A DNA stretch of 64,000 nt from Octopus vulgaris (Eukaryota): positions 88,784,001-88,848,000 of the forward strand of contig OX597815.1 of assembly GCA_951406725.2 (NCBI GenBank). The letters are read 5' to 3'. The translations under genes were made by a program, and so were the position numbers. Positions 1-14,854 of the stretch are shown here, in pieces. A model generated the notes under the pieces. It worked only from the letters and a program-made list of their open reading frames with translations, was not told the origin of the DNA and made no database searches. The stretch's first letter is position 1; each line of letters opens with the position of its first letter.

Positions 1-638
1 AAGTGACATGTGCGTGAAAATTTAGCAGGATAATTCACCATGTACGGACACTTGTTCACTTTTTCAGTCAATCATATTCAGGCTAGGTAGAGACGCGGGG
101 ACCTGCAAAATAACATTGGATATTTGTTGGGGCTGTTTAACCCCAAACCAACCCTGTTAAGTAAACTTTCGATCAAGCACCTTGCAGCCAGCATGACACT
201 CACTTTACATAGCATCCGTTAGTGCTTTCGTTGCTGGATCTAGATCACTGTTCCCAAGAAATGACTTTGTTCGACGAATGATAAATAAGTTTAAAAAGGT
301 AAATAATTTTAAAGTTATATCATGTAAACGCAAACTTGTATAGATTCAATTATTTTTTATGTAAGGAATATGCACCGAATGACACGTGCAATGTTTGTAA
401 ACATACAACAGGTTATATTCTGCATTTATATACACGTTATATATATATATGCTAATCTATAAATATATATATTCATGGATACAACTCTTACACATACACA
501 CACAAGCGCGCACACATGCACACACACATACTTGCGCTACAGATGCCAACATATGTGTTCAGCAATGCATGTACTTAATAAACTGCGTAATACGTCATTA
601 GAAATGACGTAGGTACATAAAACCATGATAAATATATT

Positions 639-673
<35 letters not shown>

Positions 674-1075
674 TGTTCAAAATTATTTTCATATAATTAT
701 ATCTACATGTACATACATTTACACAACTGTATATATATAGAAGCATGTATGTACATATGTGTATATATATATATATATGCTTATATGTCTATACAATTGT
801 ATGTGCGTATAAAAATATATGTATGTGAGTCTATAAATATGTGTGCGTGTATGCACGTAAGTGTGTGTGTTATATCAATTAATTTTTTTTCAGTATGCAA
901 ACAACTTCTAAAAGTAAACAACTGAAGTGAATGAACATAAACAGGTGTAATTATATTTATATATTATCTGTCTATCACAGACATTCTGCTTGTAACCCTC
1001 CTACTCTCTTTTAACCCGTCTTTCTCCTTCTCTCTCTGTGCCTCTCTACATATTTGTGTGTGTGTGTGCGCGTGT

Positions 1076-1111
<36 letters not shown>

Positions 1112-2175
1112 ATACATACAAAAGTAAACACAAAATGAATATAATCGTATATAGAATTAAATATAGAATATAGAGAAATTCCGAATTAATGTCTGATGAA
1201 AAAAATGTAATTGCATTCTTTGTCAAAAAAGAAAAAAAGTAACTACCTCTTTGAAGAGGATTTATAGAGATGGGAACGTTCAATAAGTAAATATACTAGT
1301 ATTGCTTACTGAAACGGATTGTAATTAAATTATATAAATATTACATCGTACTACATAGCTTGGTTTAAGGTGAAGTTGATAAGCCGCCGCACTCCTTGGC
1401 ATATAATAAAATTCTGTATAATAAAGTAATATGATAAAGTTTTATAATAAAGGTCTTAAATACGAAGAAGTTCGTATGCCGTTGGGAGACGAGAGTTCTA
1501 ACATTATTAAAATAGTTTTGCCGACGCAGAACATGAATAGTTTCTTTGGATTGTGGTTTTATATGGTTCGCTAGATAGATTGTTATTCTGTCATTGCCAG
1601 ACGCGGTATATATTGATAAAATATTTAAATCTTGCTGGTTGCAGCCAGAACACAAACCAAATCTGAGATTTTCCATAACTCCCAGAATTTCCCTGCCTAG
1701 CATTGCTTCTTATTTTCCTAATCTTGGAAAGATTTCATGACTAAATTTCACAAATTACTTCACACCCCAGTATAGCTGCACTGTTTCTTTCATTCAACGC
1801 TTTAAAATTATAAGCAAGATTTCTAAGATCAGTCCATGATGACCACGAATTACAATTACTTCACCAGTGCTTGTTTGATATTATTTTGTTGATACTTCCA
1901 AATTTCGGAATAAAGTCTACAGGCATGGAACCACCAATAATTAAAACTATCTTTTCATCATCCTTGTTCACTGTCCAAGTATTGTTAACTTGGGATGTGA
2001 TGCAGAACGGCTGTCGTTGCATGTAGGTCAGGCCCGGTTATCAGTTATCAGAGGTATTCATGTCAATTGTCACCCCTTCACCTTCTTTTTGCTCGTAGGG
2101 TATGCAACCGTTCTTTGTCTGTGGGCTGGGGGGTGTCAAGTTGAAAGAGATTATAATGTAGACAAGACTGTAAAG

Positions 2176-2659
2176 CAGTGGTTCCTAACCGGGCTCCATG
2201 TGGCCCTTTGGGTCCATATGAGATTTTGCTGTTAAAATATATTATATGTTATAAATTGGATATACTTCTACAAAACATTACATAAATTATATTAACAATA
2301 TTTCTGATACATTTCCTAATAATATTTAGTGTTGTGATGAGAGTCACGACGCCCCCTTGCGAGAAATAGACTGGACCGAGCGATTATAAATAGTAGCGGT
2401 CGGAGTGAAGCTTGGATCATTGATGAAGAGATTGTTAGATCGTTACGTTGTTATTACGGCTACATCCTTATCTTGTTTACTGTTACTACACTGGTACAGT
2501 GTATCTAAATCATCCGTCACAATATCGTGGCGGTACCACGACATTTGGAGACGGAGGATACAACATTTAGTTATAAAAATATAACAGGATTTTTAAAATA
2601 TCGAATGTCTATGGGGTCCATCCAAGTAAAATAGGTAGAAAATGGTTGAAAAACATTTG
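2176..2659. mobile_element. Non-autonomous hAT-type MITE, interrupted by a solo LTR
   Basis: Starts CAGTGGTTCCTAACC and ends GGTTGAAAAACATTTG (degenerate TIR). Perfect 8-bp TSD CTGTAAAG at 2168-2175 and 2660-2667; an 8-bp TSD is typical of hAT. Confidence 0.8.
2330..2565 (+). mobile_element. Solo LTR-like insertion (236 bp)
   Basis: TGTTGT...ACAACA termini, 5-bp TSD TTTAG (2325-2329 and 2566-2570), internal TATAAATAG, and higher GC than the flanks. Confidence 0.75.
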
Positions 2660-3107
2660 CTGTAAAGGCTAATTCCTCTTCGGCCAAGTTCTCTAAATAT
2701 TCATATTTAACATGGGAAAGGCAATGAAGCTGCTGTTCTAATGCATTCAAGGAAAAATGGGTGGCAAACGTGAGAATAAGTCACGTGAATAGGTTTACTT
2801 TTACCGTGCGCCTGTAAGCTATACAACGCACATTAAAGAGGACACATTTCTTGGTTGTCAGTTCAATTCTAAATGTGTAAACTTTCTCGGTAAGACCTAG
2901 GTAGCTGTACCCTAATTCAGGAGTTTCATGGCTTTTCATGCCTTTCGTATAGTTTTGGTTTCTATGCATTTCTTTTAGTATAAATTCTGTGCAAATCTCA
3001 CTATTTGTAAAAAAATCGACTCAATTGTCGCCTTTTTGGAAAATATAATAAATCGGCTATCTTTGCGTTGTGGATTCACATTGTCATGCAACTACATTCA
3101 AAGAGCC

Positions 3108-3440
3108 TGATGGTTCCAGGTTCAGTCACTCTGCATCACACATTCGACACGTGTCTTCTAGTATAGCTTTGGGCTGACTACGGCTTTGTGGGTGGATTTG
3201 GTAGACGGAAACTGAAAGACGCCTGTGATATATATTTATGTGTGAGTGTCTTTGCGTCAGTGTCTGCCCCACCCCACCACTTGATAAGCGGTATTTGTGT
3301 GTGTACGTCCCCGCGACATAGCAGTTGAGCAAGTGAGATCGGTAGAATAAGTATCAGGCTTAAAAATATAAATAATAAAGCTCTTGAAGGCAGTGCCCCA
3401 ATATGGCCGTATTTTAGTGAGATAAGTAAAAGATAAAAGA
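3108..3440 (+). mobile_element. tRNA-derived SINE family A, degenerate and 5'-eroded
   Basis: Shares GTGTCTTCTA.TATAGC, GTGGATTTGGTAGAC, GTCCCCG..AC.TAG and GGC.GTGC.CCA..ATGGCCG blocks with the copies at 50058 and 48756. Confidence 0.75.
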
Positions 3441-4806
3441 TATTCAGTTGATTCTAAACGCCAGTTAGAATGCAGATGCTATATTTTGAAGAAATAATTG
3501 GTGACAAATAATTGCAAAGTGGCAGCTTTTACGCTGGACTGAGAGTCCAGTTACTCTCCCTGGTGTCTTATTCGGAGCAGGCTACCAGTGAAGAAAAACT
3601 ATGTTGGAAAATAATTTCACTTGCAAATGGTCTGAGAGAACAATATCGCTGAAAAGCCACAGGGAAGTAGCTAATAGGGTTGCAAATATAGTCATGACTT
3701 GCCTCACAGGGCAACTGCCAAAATTGAAGTGTATATTCTTTTGCTTCTTGTTTAAGAGGACGGATGCTGTTGGTAATGAAGTATATTTGCTGACAACAAC
3801 CACTCCTAAAGGTCTCGTCATGCCATATATTATGGTGTGCATGTACGTGCTAACGATGATATATTTGAAGATAATTGTGGCCTTTCGTGGGTTACGCCTC
3901 TCTGCATTTCACTCTTTGATTAAGGTTCAGTCTCTGGTCAAACGAAGGCAAAGTGGCGCATTTGATACTTAGAATGTTGCCAACCAATCACTGTTTTTCA
4001 TCAGCTGAGTAATACACTTAGCACAAAGTCAACTTTTGCCTTCTATGGAGGATTAGTTTGTGGAGACTGTGGACAACAATGATCAGGAAAAGATTATAGT
4101 TTAGCTCTGCATTTGTAGGGCACTTATAGGCCGAGGATTATGGATTATTTCTGCACCTCCTGCAAATGCTTCAGAGGACAATCTGTAGAAGAACTGAAGT
4201 ACCAGCAACCGAAGTTCTTTGAGATGAAACTATCGTGACTGTACTCACTTTGTGTTGTACATTGTTTATTTGTGGGTTTATTTTAGAGAGGTGGTCACGT
4301 GGAGGACGTGCCTTGCAATCAACCAGTTCTAAATTAGTCTTCCTCAGCCTGGTTACAATGGCTTTGGAAGTTGGTTGAAGAAGAAAGGGATGGTTGAAAG
4401 GAAATACTTCTCATTAGTAGAGTTTGCGTAAAGAAAAAGAGAGATGAGAAATGTGCGCTCACTATAAGATCTGGAGAAACTGTATGTCGTCAGCTCTTTT
4501 GGCAATTTGAATTTGTGCGTAGGGAAACACTGAAACACGTGGAGAAACTACATGATTGCCCTATTTCGTGGATTCTTTTACTGCTTAGTATTATTTATTG
4601 TTGATCTAGTTCCACTGTTACTTACTTTCTTTGTATATTGGCTTCAATTTTCCTTCTTCATGGCTACAAAAGGGTAAATAAAAATAATTGATTCTTTTTG
4701 ATTTGTTTCTTGTTGTTTTTCCTCAATATTATTTTAGAAGTTTATTATTATTGAGTGCTTTCCCTACATAACCGAGCACGCTTTTGTATTTATTGGATAA
4801 GAGCCA

Positions 4807-4848
4807 TGTATGTATGTATGTATGTATGTATGTATGTATGTATGTATG

Positions 4849-4879
<31 letters not shown>

Positions 4880-4905
4880 GTATGTGTGTGTGTGTTTGCG
4901 TGTGC
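4807..4905. repeat. (ATGT)n/(TG)n microsatellite
   Basis: Tandem repeat seen directly. Confidence 0.95.
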
Positions 4906-5199
4906 GTTATATGTACTAATGTGTTGAAGGTAATTTTATTTTTTACTCAACATCAACCCGAAAGCCACTTCCAGTAAACGAATTAAAAGGAAAAGAAGCG
5001 GCATTAATGTCACAGGACTCTATACATTTATATGGAAGATAGCAAATAAAATATGACAATAACATAATTGATAAGATATTCAAATGGTATACAATGAAAA
5101 GGCAATAAAATACGGTAAACGATATGTTAATGAAGGAACTAATAAAACGAATGAAATGAAATGGCAATAAAGAACGAATAAAAATATTAATATGATGGA

Positions 5200-6400
5200 A
5201 ACTGCCAAAATTAGGCAAAAATACTTGTTGACCTTGATATTAAAAGTGTTGTTGTCGTAGTCTTTAGTAAAACAACGAAGAAAAATTTATTCCACACTCA
5301 ACTGTTTCAGAAAAATTTTTGTGCGCGGGACTTGCAGTGTGTCCATGAGATATACTGTAGTGCTATTTTCTTTGTGTAGAAATGTCAGTCGTTAGGTTTT
5401 GGGTGTGTATTTTTGTTTATATGTTTCAATAATTTCCAACACATCTTTAAATTTGAGGATCGTGTCCGTTTGAAATGTTAAACAATTTGGCTGTTTATAT
5501 ATCTAAATCTTTATATTAAGACAATTTTCCTCTTTCGTAAATATATACATATATGTGATTAAGATATTTCGATATGAAGGTAGTGATCCATGTTTGTTGA
5601 CAGCGATATTAGATCACTTAATGTCCATCTCTCGGTTCTTATAGATTGATATATTTCAGATACGAGTTACTTTGCCAACTCTATTCAATCGGTATTTCAT
5701 AATAGTGGCATAATTTCCTTTGCACGAACTTCATAATGGTGTGATGTTTGTTCATATAGACCCTTGGATAATTGTTCCTTCTCATATTCTGCAATCGTCT
5801 TTGCTTTATGCACCATTATATACTTCTGGTAGTCCTAGTGACAAGAATTTTACCCCCGTACCACAATAGAAAAAAACTTTTGAAACCCGCTCTATAAAAT
5901 CAGTGTTGAAATTTTTTCTTTACTTCCTATTCAGCTTCTCACGTATTGATTTTGTAAGGGACTTTTTAGGTCATTATATTAATTTGAAATTCTGTAGCTT
6001 ATCTTTAGTTCTTTAACAGTTTTATTTTTGGTTTTCCTTCTTCCTACAACTGCTTTTTTCCTTCAGCTTCCATTTTCTATTTGATGATTACCCTAAGAAA
6101 ACACACACACACACATTTTGTATTTTGTAGCTATTTATAATAGTTTACCGTTATTTTTTCTCTTTGTTGTCCTGCGGTAGATAGTCTATAATAGTTTCCT
6201 ACTTGTAAGTCTTCTACTTTATTGTATTCTTTGCTAATATAATCTTTTATGTTACATTGAGGGCGATGCATTCTGAATTTCTGTCGTAGAGAGTGTGCTT
6301 GGTTTCATTCGTCCATCTCGGTTCCTTATCTTACAGAATAATATTAATTTTTTCCTCTTTTCAAGATTTCGAAGGTGAATGTTTCCAATGCGAATCTCAT
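5200..6400 (-). mobile_element. Highly degenerate retroelement relic, possibly Penelope-like RT
   Basis: A-rich minus strand with remnants resembling PLE RT motifs (FxDV, KPxD). No intact ORF. Confidence 0.3.
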
Positions 6401-6506
6401 ATCAATTCCTTTCGTAAATCATTATATAGGCTATAACTGTATTCTAATTACTTATCAACTGCAGCAGAAAACGTGAAGTCGTACACATACAGAGAGAGAT
6501 TAACCA

Positions 6507-6738
6507 GGTGAGTGAGCTGGCAGAAACGTTAGCACGCCGGGTGAAATGATTAGCCATATTTCGTTTGCCGCTACGTTCTGAGTTCAAATTCCGCCGTGGT
6601 TGACTTTGCCTTTCATCCTTTTGGGGTCGATAAATTAAGGACAGGTTGTGTACTGGGGTCGATGTAATCGACTTAATCCGTTTGTCTTTCCTTGTTTGTC
6701 CCTCCTGTGTGTGGCCCCTTGTGGGCAGTGGAGAAATA
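6507..6738 (+). mobile_element. tRNA-derived SINE family B (Nin/Deu-like core), full length
   Basis: Head GAGCTGGCAGAAACGTTAGC...GAGTTCAAATTCC (A/B boxes) and core GCCTTTCATCCTTTTGGGGTCGATAAATTAAG. Approximately 16-bp imperfect TSD (AGAGAGAGATTAACCA / AGAGAGTAATTAACCA). Closely similar to the copy at 63427. Confidence 0.9.
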
Positions 6739-8149
6739 AGAGAGTAATTAACCATCATCTCGTAGCACTTTTATTCACGTTCAGCTTGCATTATCTCTTT
6801 GATTAAATCTGCCAACGCGAAACCAATAGAAAAATATAATCAGATGAAGTCCCCTTGGAATGTTCCTTCTCTAGTAGAAGTGGTTTTTACTTTTAGTATT
6901 GTCGTCCCTCCTATCCACAAAATTGCCTTTGATTTGTTTGCTGTACTTATTTCTGGTGATAACTTTAAGCATGATTAATGGATTCCAGGATCCACTCGTA
7001 GAAAGTACCCGAAAAGGCTTGGTAACCATTATATGCCATACTCAGACCCCTCGTTCTCTCTCCACAGTTTCCGTTATGGCTTTGTTGATAGGTAATTGAT
7101 CCTTATATCCATATGAAAATCTGTGACAGATTTCTGCTCTTGTGAAAGCATGCTTGGAATGATTATTTACCCTGTTCTCTATTATTGCAGCTAAGGCGTT
7201 ATAAGCCGCAAGAAAGGAAAATTATGGGTCTATACTTGGGCGGGGGGGTGCTCTTTTTATTAATTTTAGGGATTAACATGATTTTTCCCAGAGAAAGAGA
7301 GAGAGAGAGAAAGAGAGAGAAATAGAGGAGAGTTGGAGAGGGAGGAAGAAAAGAGGCCTATATAATTGCCATAGTATGATTTGTTTGCAAAGATGTGTTT
7401 AAAATACTTCTTAGAAGTGGAATAAACAACAACAACAAAAATCAATGAAATTGTTCTCTGCAGAACATTCTAAAATGAACAGATGTCACTAGGCGTTCAA
7501 AATTATTAACATACACAACACATCAGTAAGTTACAACAACGGATTATCCAGAAACATGAAGGAAATATTTTAGAAGAATAATAGTGTCGTTTAGATGTCT
7601 GTCATGAAAATTTGTTTTCATTAACTTTTTATTTTTTTTTTGTTCCCGATCTCCAGGTTCAGATTGAATTAGGGTAATTCTTAAGATTAGCTAAAGAACA
7701 TATAATTCTTCTCAAAGCTAATTATATGAACGATGTTTTTATAGCGATAAGAGTTGTTCAATGATAAAACAAATAACTGAATAAATTACATTTCAATGGA
7801 TTCGTAGAATAATAATTCACATTTTATGCACAAAATAATTTTTAATGGAATGTCAGAATTAAGTAAATGATTAAAGTTACAATTATGGATTGTCGTATTT
7901 GGACTGACCATGAAACACTAGAACACATACAAACACACATTCATATGTTTCAGACATTCTTTCCGCGTGTGATTTTTTTTCATATAGTCAGGACAACGGA
8001 AGGCAGTGCTGCTTGGGACAATGTAAGAAGAACCCCGAGGCTGGTGAGAGACCTGTTTCAAATGCTTGCATCAGAATGAACTCCACTAAAACCACCTAAA
8101 GTGCAACAAGGTGGCATTAAACCAGTCGTTAGATTAAATGTGCTATTCG

Positions 8150-8350
8150 GGTAGGTCACAGTGGTATTGGAAATTAGAGCGCAAAATATCGGAAGAAATA
8201 CCACCAGGCATCCGGTCCCACATTCTAACAATTCCGCTAATTCACTGCCTAGAATTGATACTTATTTTATCGATTCTAAACTGATGATAGGCAAAACGGA
8301 CCTTGATGGGATTTGAACTCAGAAAGTAGAGTTGGAAGAAATATCATGAA
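8150..8350 (-). mobile_element. Degenerate SINE family B fragments
   Basis: TACTTATTTTATCGA...GGCAAA..GACCT...GGATTTGAACTCAGAA is the reverse complement of the family B core. Confidence 0.6.
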
Positions 8351-9034
8351 GCATTCTATTTGAAATCATTCTTTGATAGAAGTATTAGATTTTATTGATT
8401 GAGTATTGTTGGTATTTTATAGAATAACATACAAACTGTTAATTGTTTATACAATATTTTTTACTGGATATCTAAAATATCTTACTATTACGTTAGATCT
8501 CATCTTTTCTAACATTCCAGGGACCCATTAATTGAGCTTAAATATTTTTGTGGCTAAAAGATAATTTTAACCTTGATGTAGAATAGTAAAACGCTGACTG
8601 AAAAACTAAAGCTTTTGTGTAGCCTACAGTATCTGTTCTCATATCAACAGTTGGACTATTTGAATGTATCCTAGATAAGATTTAAATCACAAACATCCCC
8701 AGAGATTTCCACATTAATAGTGACAAAAATACAAACACAGAAGGTGAAGTTAAACATACATACATATATATACATGTACACACATACATATATACATACG
8801 TACATGTATACATACATACATGTGTGTGTGTGTGTATCTATTTATATGCGTGCAATTTGAGGAAGTTGTCTGAAACGAATGTTATCAATGTTGTTATTAA
8901 TGAAAACTATCTTATGTTATTTTTGCTCTGTTACAAAAAACGATAAACTGGAGATCTATGTTCGGGCCCAAACGTATTTTAAAGTAAAAGAGACAGAACA
9001 TTTCTCCTGGATTTTCCTCTCACTCTATATGGCT

Positions 9035-9338
9035 ATTGTTGTTTGTTCCTTCTTGAGCCACGCCTGGCTCATAGGACCGGTTTCCCAGTTTCCTTGGCGT
9101 ATAGGTTCCCCAACTGGACGGGATGCCGGTCCGTCGCAGGTGAGCTGAAACATGCAGGAGTGAGAGAAAGTTGTGGCGAAAGAGCCAGCAGAAGTTCGCT
9201 ATTACCTTCTGCCGGAGCCGGCAGCGTGAAGCTTAGGTGTTTCGCTCATAAGCACACACGTCTCCCGGTCTGAGATTCGAACTCGCGATCCCTCGACCGC
9301 GAGTCCGCTGCTCTAACCACTAGACTATGTACCTCCAC
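9035..9338 (-). mobile_element. tRNA(Arg)-like SINE family C, full length
   Basis: Minus strand starts GTGGAGGTACATAGTCTAGTGGTTAGAGCAGCGGACTCGCGGTCGAGGGATCGCGAGTTCGAATCTC (A box, TCG anticodon-like loop, B box). (AAC)-type tail. Perfect 10-bp TSD CTATATGGCT at 9025-9034 and 9339-9348. Confidence 0.9.
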
Positions 9339-12221
9339 CTATATGGCTGCACATGAAAGGAATATGAATTAACAAGGAGCAGTAAAATGAGGAGAAATTG
9401 AATGATGACACTAATGAATTACAGGAATAAATGAAGCGTGCATACCAGATGTGCTTGAGATCTGCGCACATCGGATGCATACAAGTTGCTGATTGCCTGT
9501 CAGATGTGTGCAAATAAGATGCTGTTCGTATGTATGTATGGCAGAAGTAAATGTGATGTTTCATACACGTAGGTCTGAATAAGATGTACATCTGATAAAC
9601 GTTTGCTTGTATATTACACAATTGGGTCTGTATGAATGCATGCACACTACTGTGCTGCAATCTTTAGCTAAACTGCTTATTTAAACTCTAGTTGAAAGTT
9701 GGTGAAATTAACTCTCCGTTGACCACTGACAGCTGGTACACAGATCAACTCTTCTGTTGTTAACAGAACGTAATACATCTTGAAGGGACTATCTGTTTGT
9801 CGACTGTGAAAGATGATAAACGTAGCATCTTGAATAGAATGGTGGGTTTGGTTGGTATGAGCGAGTGTCGAAAGATATCTTCAAGTGATCTATTCGTTAG
9901 TAGCAACATAGTGGTGAAGTTGATACGATTTTCTGATAAGTATCGGCAGAATTGCTGATTAATATAAGTGAAATAAGCAAAAAAATAAATAGTATTTTAC
10001 CGTTAACTTCTCTATTGTTAGAATGTATTTGATAAAGAAAATGCAACCGATATGAAAATTGAGTAGAAATATTCATTTCTGCTCCAGGCACAAGCCCCCA
10101 CTTTTTTTTTGGTGGGGGAGTCGACGGTGTAGTAATGTTGCAGAGGAAAACATTTCTTTTGAAATAATGTTACTTGTTGATAAATGGCATGAAGCTATTC
10201 AAATAAAGGTTTGCGTTTTCAAACAGGTTGTTTGTCCAAACAGGCTTGTGTGTTCAAGACATGTTTGCGAATTCAAAATGGAAGCAGTGTTCAAAAATAG
10301 GTTACTAATTGTAATTTTTTTTTACACCAGCTGCATTTGAATCATGACCACGGCAGTGAATATTTTCATTTTGTACTGTGAGACAGTTAAGGTGGTATAG
10401 TCAGTCATACCTTTCAACATAAAATCAACCGTGGGTAGCATAAATCTGATATTATTTGATGCTTCAAAACGTTCTCCAGAAGGAAAAGGAAATAGATGTT
10501 TGGGTATGTGTGTGCATGTCTGTGTATGCATGCGGTATACACAATTGAGACATCAAATTTAAGCAGCCATCTATATATCATAGTATATACACTGTTACTG
10601 CGGCATGTATCCTGAGATACATAGATAGTTCCTTTAATTTAATACTACTTCAATTTCTTATACTGATTTTATTCAGATGCGTTGCTATTCACAACGCCAG
10701 TGAATATTTTATCTGATACTTTCTATATAGAAGGTGACGAAATTCTCCCCCAATTATATGTCTGACTTCGAGTACGGGCCATTGATAAGACCAAAAAGGA
10801 GGACATGAATTTGGCACTCACACTGACCGCTACTGGGGCGAAGTTTTGTCTCCCTGCGATATTTATTGTGTTTTTAACACAACACATCAACGAGTGATGT
10901 TATCTTAGGACAAACATCGAAGTAACTGGCCTAAAGCCTAGTGAGATGTATGCCTGAATATAATCCAGCTATACAATTTCGTTCAATATGATTGGTATGA
11001 CAGGACAGAGGATGAAAACATGTGTAGTAGTAGGATGGTGTTAAGATAGATAAATGGTGAATGAGAGGTGTACGTTTGTAGACATGCCTGATCTATCGCT
11101 CTATATATATATTTACACACACACACACACACACTCAACTATACACATTTAAACACAAGTAGAAAGGAGAGAGGACAATGAAGTAAACCCATGGCAACGA
11201 AGATTCAATGACAACATCAACAACAGTAGCAACAATAATAGCAACAACAATAGCAATGATATAACGAACGGTGGCACAAAGCAGAAGTTGAATCGCGACA
11301 ATATGGTAGTTTAAATATTTAGATATATTCCACATAGCCTGGCATTTGCTTGGTATGGTATGCTCATGAATATTTCTTTTTCTGAGGGCAGCAGCGATTT
11401 GACTACTGCGCCCCTGCATACATCTGCACACAAGCACGACCACTCTCTTTGTCGTGGTTAAGCTGGTTTTCGATCTGGCAGTTTTGGAATACTTGACTTG
11501 TCCAGTGTGTTTAGTAAATCCCAAATTTTTTACGGTTATTGAAAAGATAAATTATTGAATAATAAACTCCGACCTCTCTTTACTACCAGGGACGTCTGCT
11601 CTCTCTCCCGTACGTTACGACATATTTCGCCAGCGACCATTTCAATATGTAGCAGTCTTAGTATCAGCTAAACACTGGGCATTTTCCGTAAGCGAAGTTG
11701 AGGGTTGGACAAAGAATGTCTATGCATAGAGATATGCTCCTTCGTTTGGTTAATCGTTGCGTCTGTGTAATATTTGCGGCATAACTTCACATATATACAC
11801 TATGTTTGTATGTAAACGTGAGATCTGAAGCTGAGCTGAAGTAGCAAGAGAAGTCATTGCAGAGGTCACGAAGGTGACAAAAGGAACTTGACAAACATAA
11901 CTGATTAATTGACTGAATGTTTGAGTAAGCGATCGATTAGTTAACTGGTTAAATATTTAAAGCAATTGAAGAATAATATTGAAGTGCAATAGAACCAGTG
12001 TGTGTTTCTTATAGCCTATTGACCAGCCGAAATACAACAAAATCTGTTTCAACACGGCTCAGATTAAGAATCTTTCACACTAAAACCGATCTTTCCGTAT
12101 GTCTGTCTATATAAATATGTGTGTGTGTGTATTTATGTATATATATATATGTTTATATATATACGTGTATATGTATATATATATGTGTGCATATATATAT
12201 GTTAGTATACAAAAATGTGAT

Positions 12222-12310
<89 letters not shown>
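12222..12310. repeat. (TCTA)n microsatellite
   Basis: Tandem repeat seen directly. Further (TCTA)n arrays lie at about 13045-13125 and 13820-13897. Confidence 0.95.
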
Positions 12311-13042
12311 TTGTCTGTCCGCATGTCTGTCTGTATATTATGGCCATAAGAATAAGATAAATTTTGTTGCGGCCTTAGCGTAATTATACATCTATCTACT
12401 TTGAATTATTTCAATTCTCTCCGACATGATTCACTATTGTTCTGTATTTTTTACATTCAGAAAAAAGTTGAATTGAGTTTAAGATAACCAATGTCCAAGT
12501 ATAGATTCTTTCTTCTTGATGCTGAGTCTAAATTTAATGTTAATTGACTTGTATTGAATTTCTACGGTATACATTTGTGTTCATATACAATTGAAATGGA
12601 GTTGATTGTTCCCCAATAACAGAAAAACATACCAGTATCAAATACAAATAGAAAATATATATCAAGATTGTATGATAAAGTAATAGGAAAGAGTATAAAC
12701 AGAAAACGAAAACAGAAGGCAGACGTATATGGTCAAAACTGGTCCGGTCTATCACTTCTATGCTATCTTCAAGAAGGCATAAAAATAAAACAAACAGAAA
12801 AGTAACAATAGAAATTGAAATGGAAAAAGAAAGAAATAGAAACTACTAGAAACTCGCACTGCGGTCATCGATGACAGTCGAACAATTGATTAACGTACAC
12901 ACTATATTAAGATATATCATTTTTACAAAATAATGTTACAATGAAGTTCATGTAGGATAAGAACGGTGCGTCTGTGTTATTAATAAATCTACCATCATGT
13001 AATTGTTCTAGTCACAATACACGATCAGTAAACTAAAAAGAT

Positions 13043-13043
13043 A

Positions 13044-13126
<83 letters not shown>

Positions 13127-13225
13127 GTATGTATGTATCTATCTATTTATCTACATACATTCATATGCATACATACATACATACATACATACATACATAC
13201 ATACACACATACATACATACATACA

Positions 13226-13258
<33 letters not shown>

Positions 13259-13280
13259 GTGTGTGTGTGTGTGTGTTTGT
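13043..13280. repeat. Compound (TCTA)n-(TACA)n-(TG)n microsatellite
   Basis: Tandem repeats seen directly. Confidence 0.95.
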
Positions 13281-13570
13281 ATGTACGAGTGCGTCTGTGT
13301 GTGTGAATTGCAGTGCTGCAGTGCTAATGACACCTCTTCATACAGAAACAAGTTCACGGCTGTCCACTTGCCTGCAGACAATAAGTCTTTTCGTAAATGA
13401 TATGCCAATTCCAAAAACATTTTCGTTATTGAGATTATCTCCTCATCCCATTTGGAGTTCGTCGCAATTGTGGCAAAGCATTTATTTATTCTTTACTCAA
13501 ATGGGAGACAATTCCAGTAAGTCAAGAATATATATATATATGGTATTTGTTCTACATTTATTCCTTTATT

Positions 13571-13615
<45 letters not shown>

Positions 13616-13817
13616 TCTATAAAAATTTACGTCAAATCAAATAGCGATATTTTGAAATCATTTTATACGTACGTTTCCGTAATATATAATATGAACTGCA
13701 TCCATTACGTAAAACTTCCTCAGTTAAAGCATTTGAAAAATATTTGAAGTAGTTTGTTATATATAAGTTGATACGAAAATTTAGGTACCGTGCTCCGCTT
13801 CTTAACGTAACACGAAA

Positions 13818-13897
<80 letters not shown>

Positions 13898-14854
13898 CAT
13901 CGATTTGTGCATTATTGCACATGCATACTATATAAATACACGGAGTGTAGGTTTTCTTGGACGCACGACCGCTACATCACGTCAGAGGCTGTGCACAGTG
14001 TACACATCCCAGGAGATTGCTACAAATTACATAATAAACAAAAAGAGACAGTAAAAGCTTAGGTCCCCAAGGCGCAGTCAAAAATGTCGATTATGTCATA
14101 TTTATGTGGAAAACATCACACATATGATCAGCAGCTGTTCCAAAATATCATCTGAATACTAGCTCTTAATGTGACAGGAATTTAGCTTCTATAGCCAGAT
14201 TATCAATTTACATTTATAATTAAGTGCACTTTGTTTTGTTAGTATATGCTTAAGAGGAAAATCTAGAGTTTTCAGAGAAAGAACCAGACCAGCTAGCACA
14301 CGCATTACAAATACAATCTGTAACTGGAACACTAAAAATATGCAAGACTTTTCTGAAGTTCGAAGTGTAACATTGTTTAGTTTATATACATTCAAATGAT
14401 GGAGCTTATATCTTTGTTAGAAACCAGCTCCTTCTTTCCAGGAAGATTTCAACGAATAGAAAATAGAATAGAACATACATGCATACCTACATACATACCT
14501 ATATACATGCATAAATACATCCACACACACACACATACACGCACATATAAACGAACACACACACGTATGTATGTATAGATGAATTACAGTTCACACGTAC
14601 TTTTGGAAGCTCATTACTTTCGGAAACGCATATATTTAAACATCAAAGTATGTAAATATATTTCCGTGATATATAAGTTGAAAGCAAATTTATTATCAAT
14701 GGTTTAACCTTAGTTTATTTATAAGAAATGAAATTCAATAAGATTTAAGATTATAAATGCATTTTAATATCGAATTCATTTTCATATATAGAATAAATTA
14801 ATTTATCATTATGGTGTTTGTATGTAATTTTTTACAGGTTAGAAAATAGAGATG

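Noticed and set aside
3520-4550. ORFs of 123, 86 and 61 aa as host exons
   Set aside because: No recognisable domain or consistent splice structure; probably old transposon debris.
9260-9338. Functional tRNA genes here, at 17405-17478 and at 50989-51045
   Set aside because: The first two are element heads inside TSD-bounded units without a proper acceptor stem. The third lacks its 5' end and has a mutated T arm.
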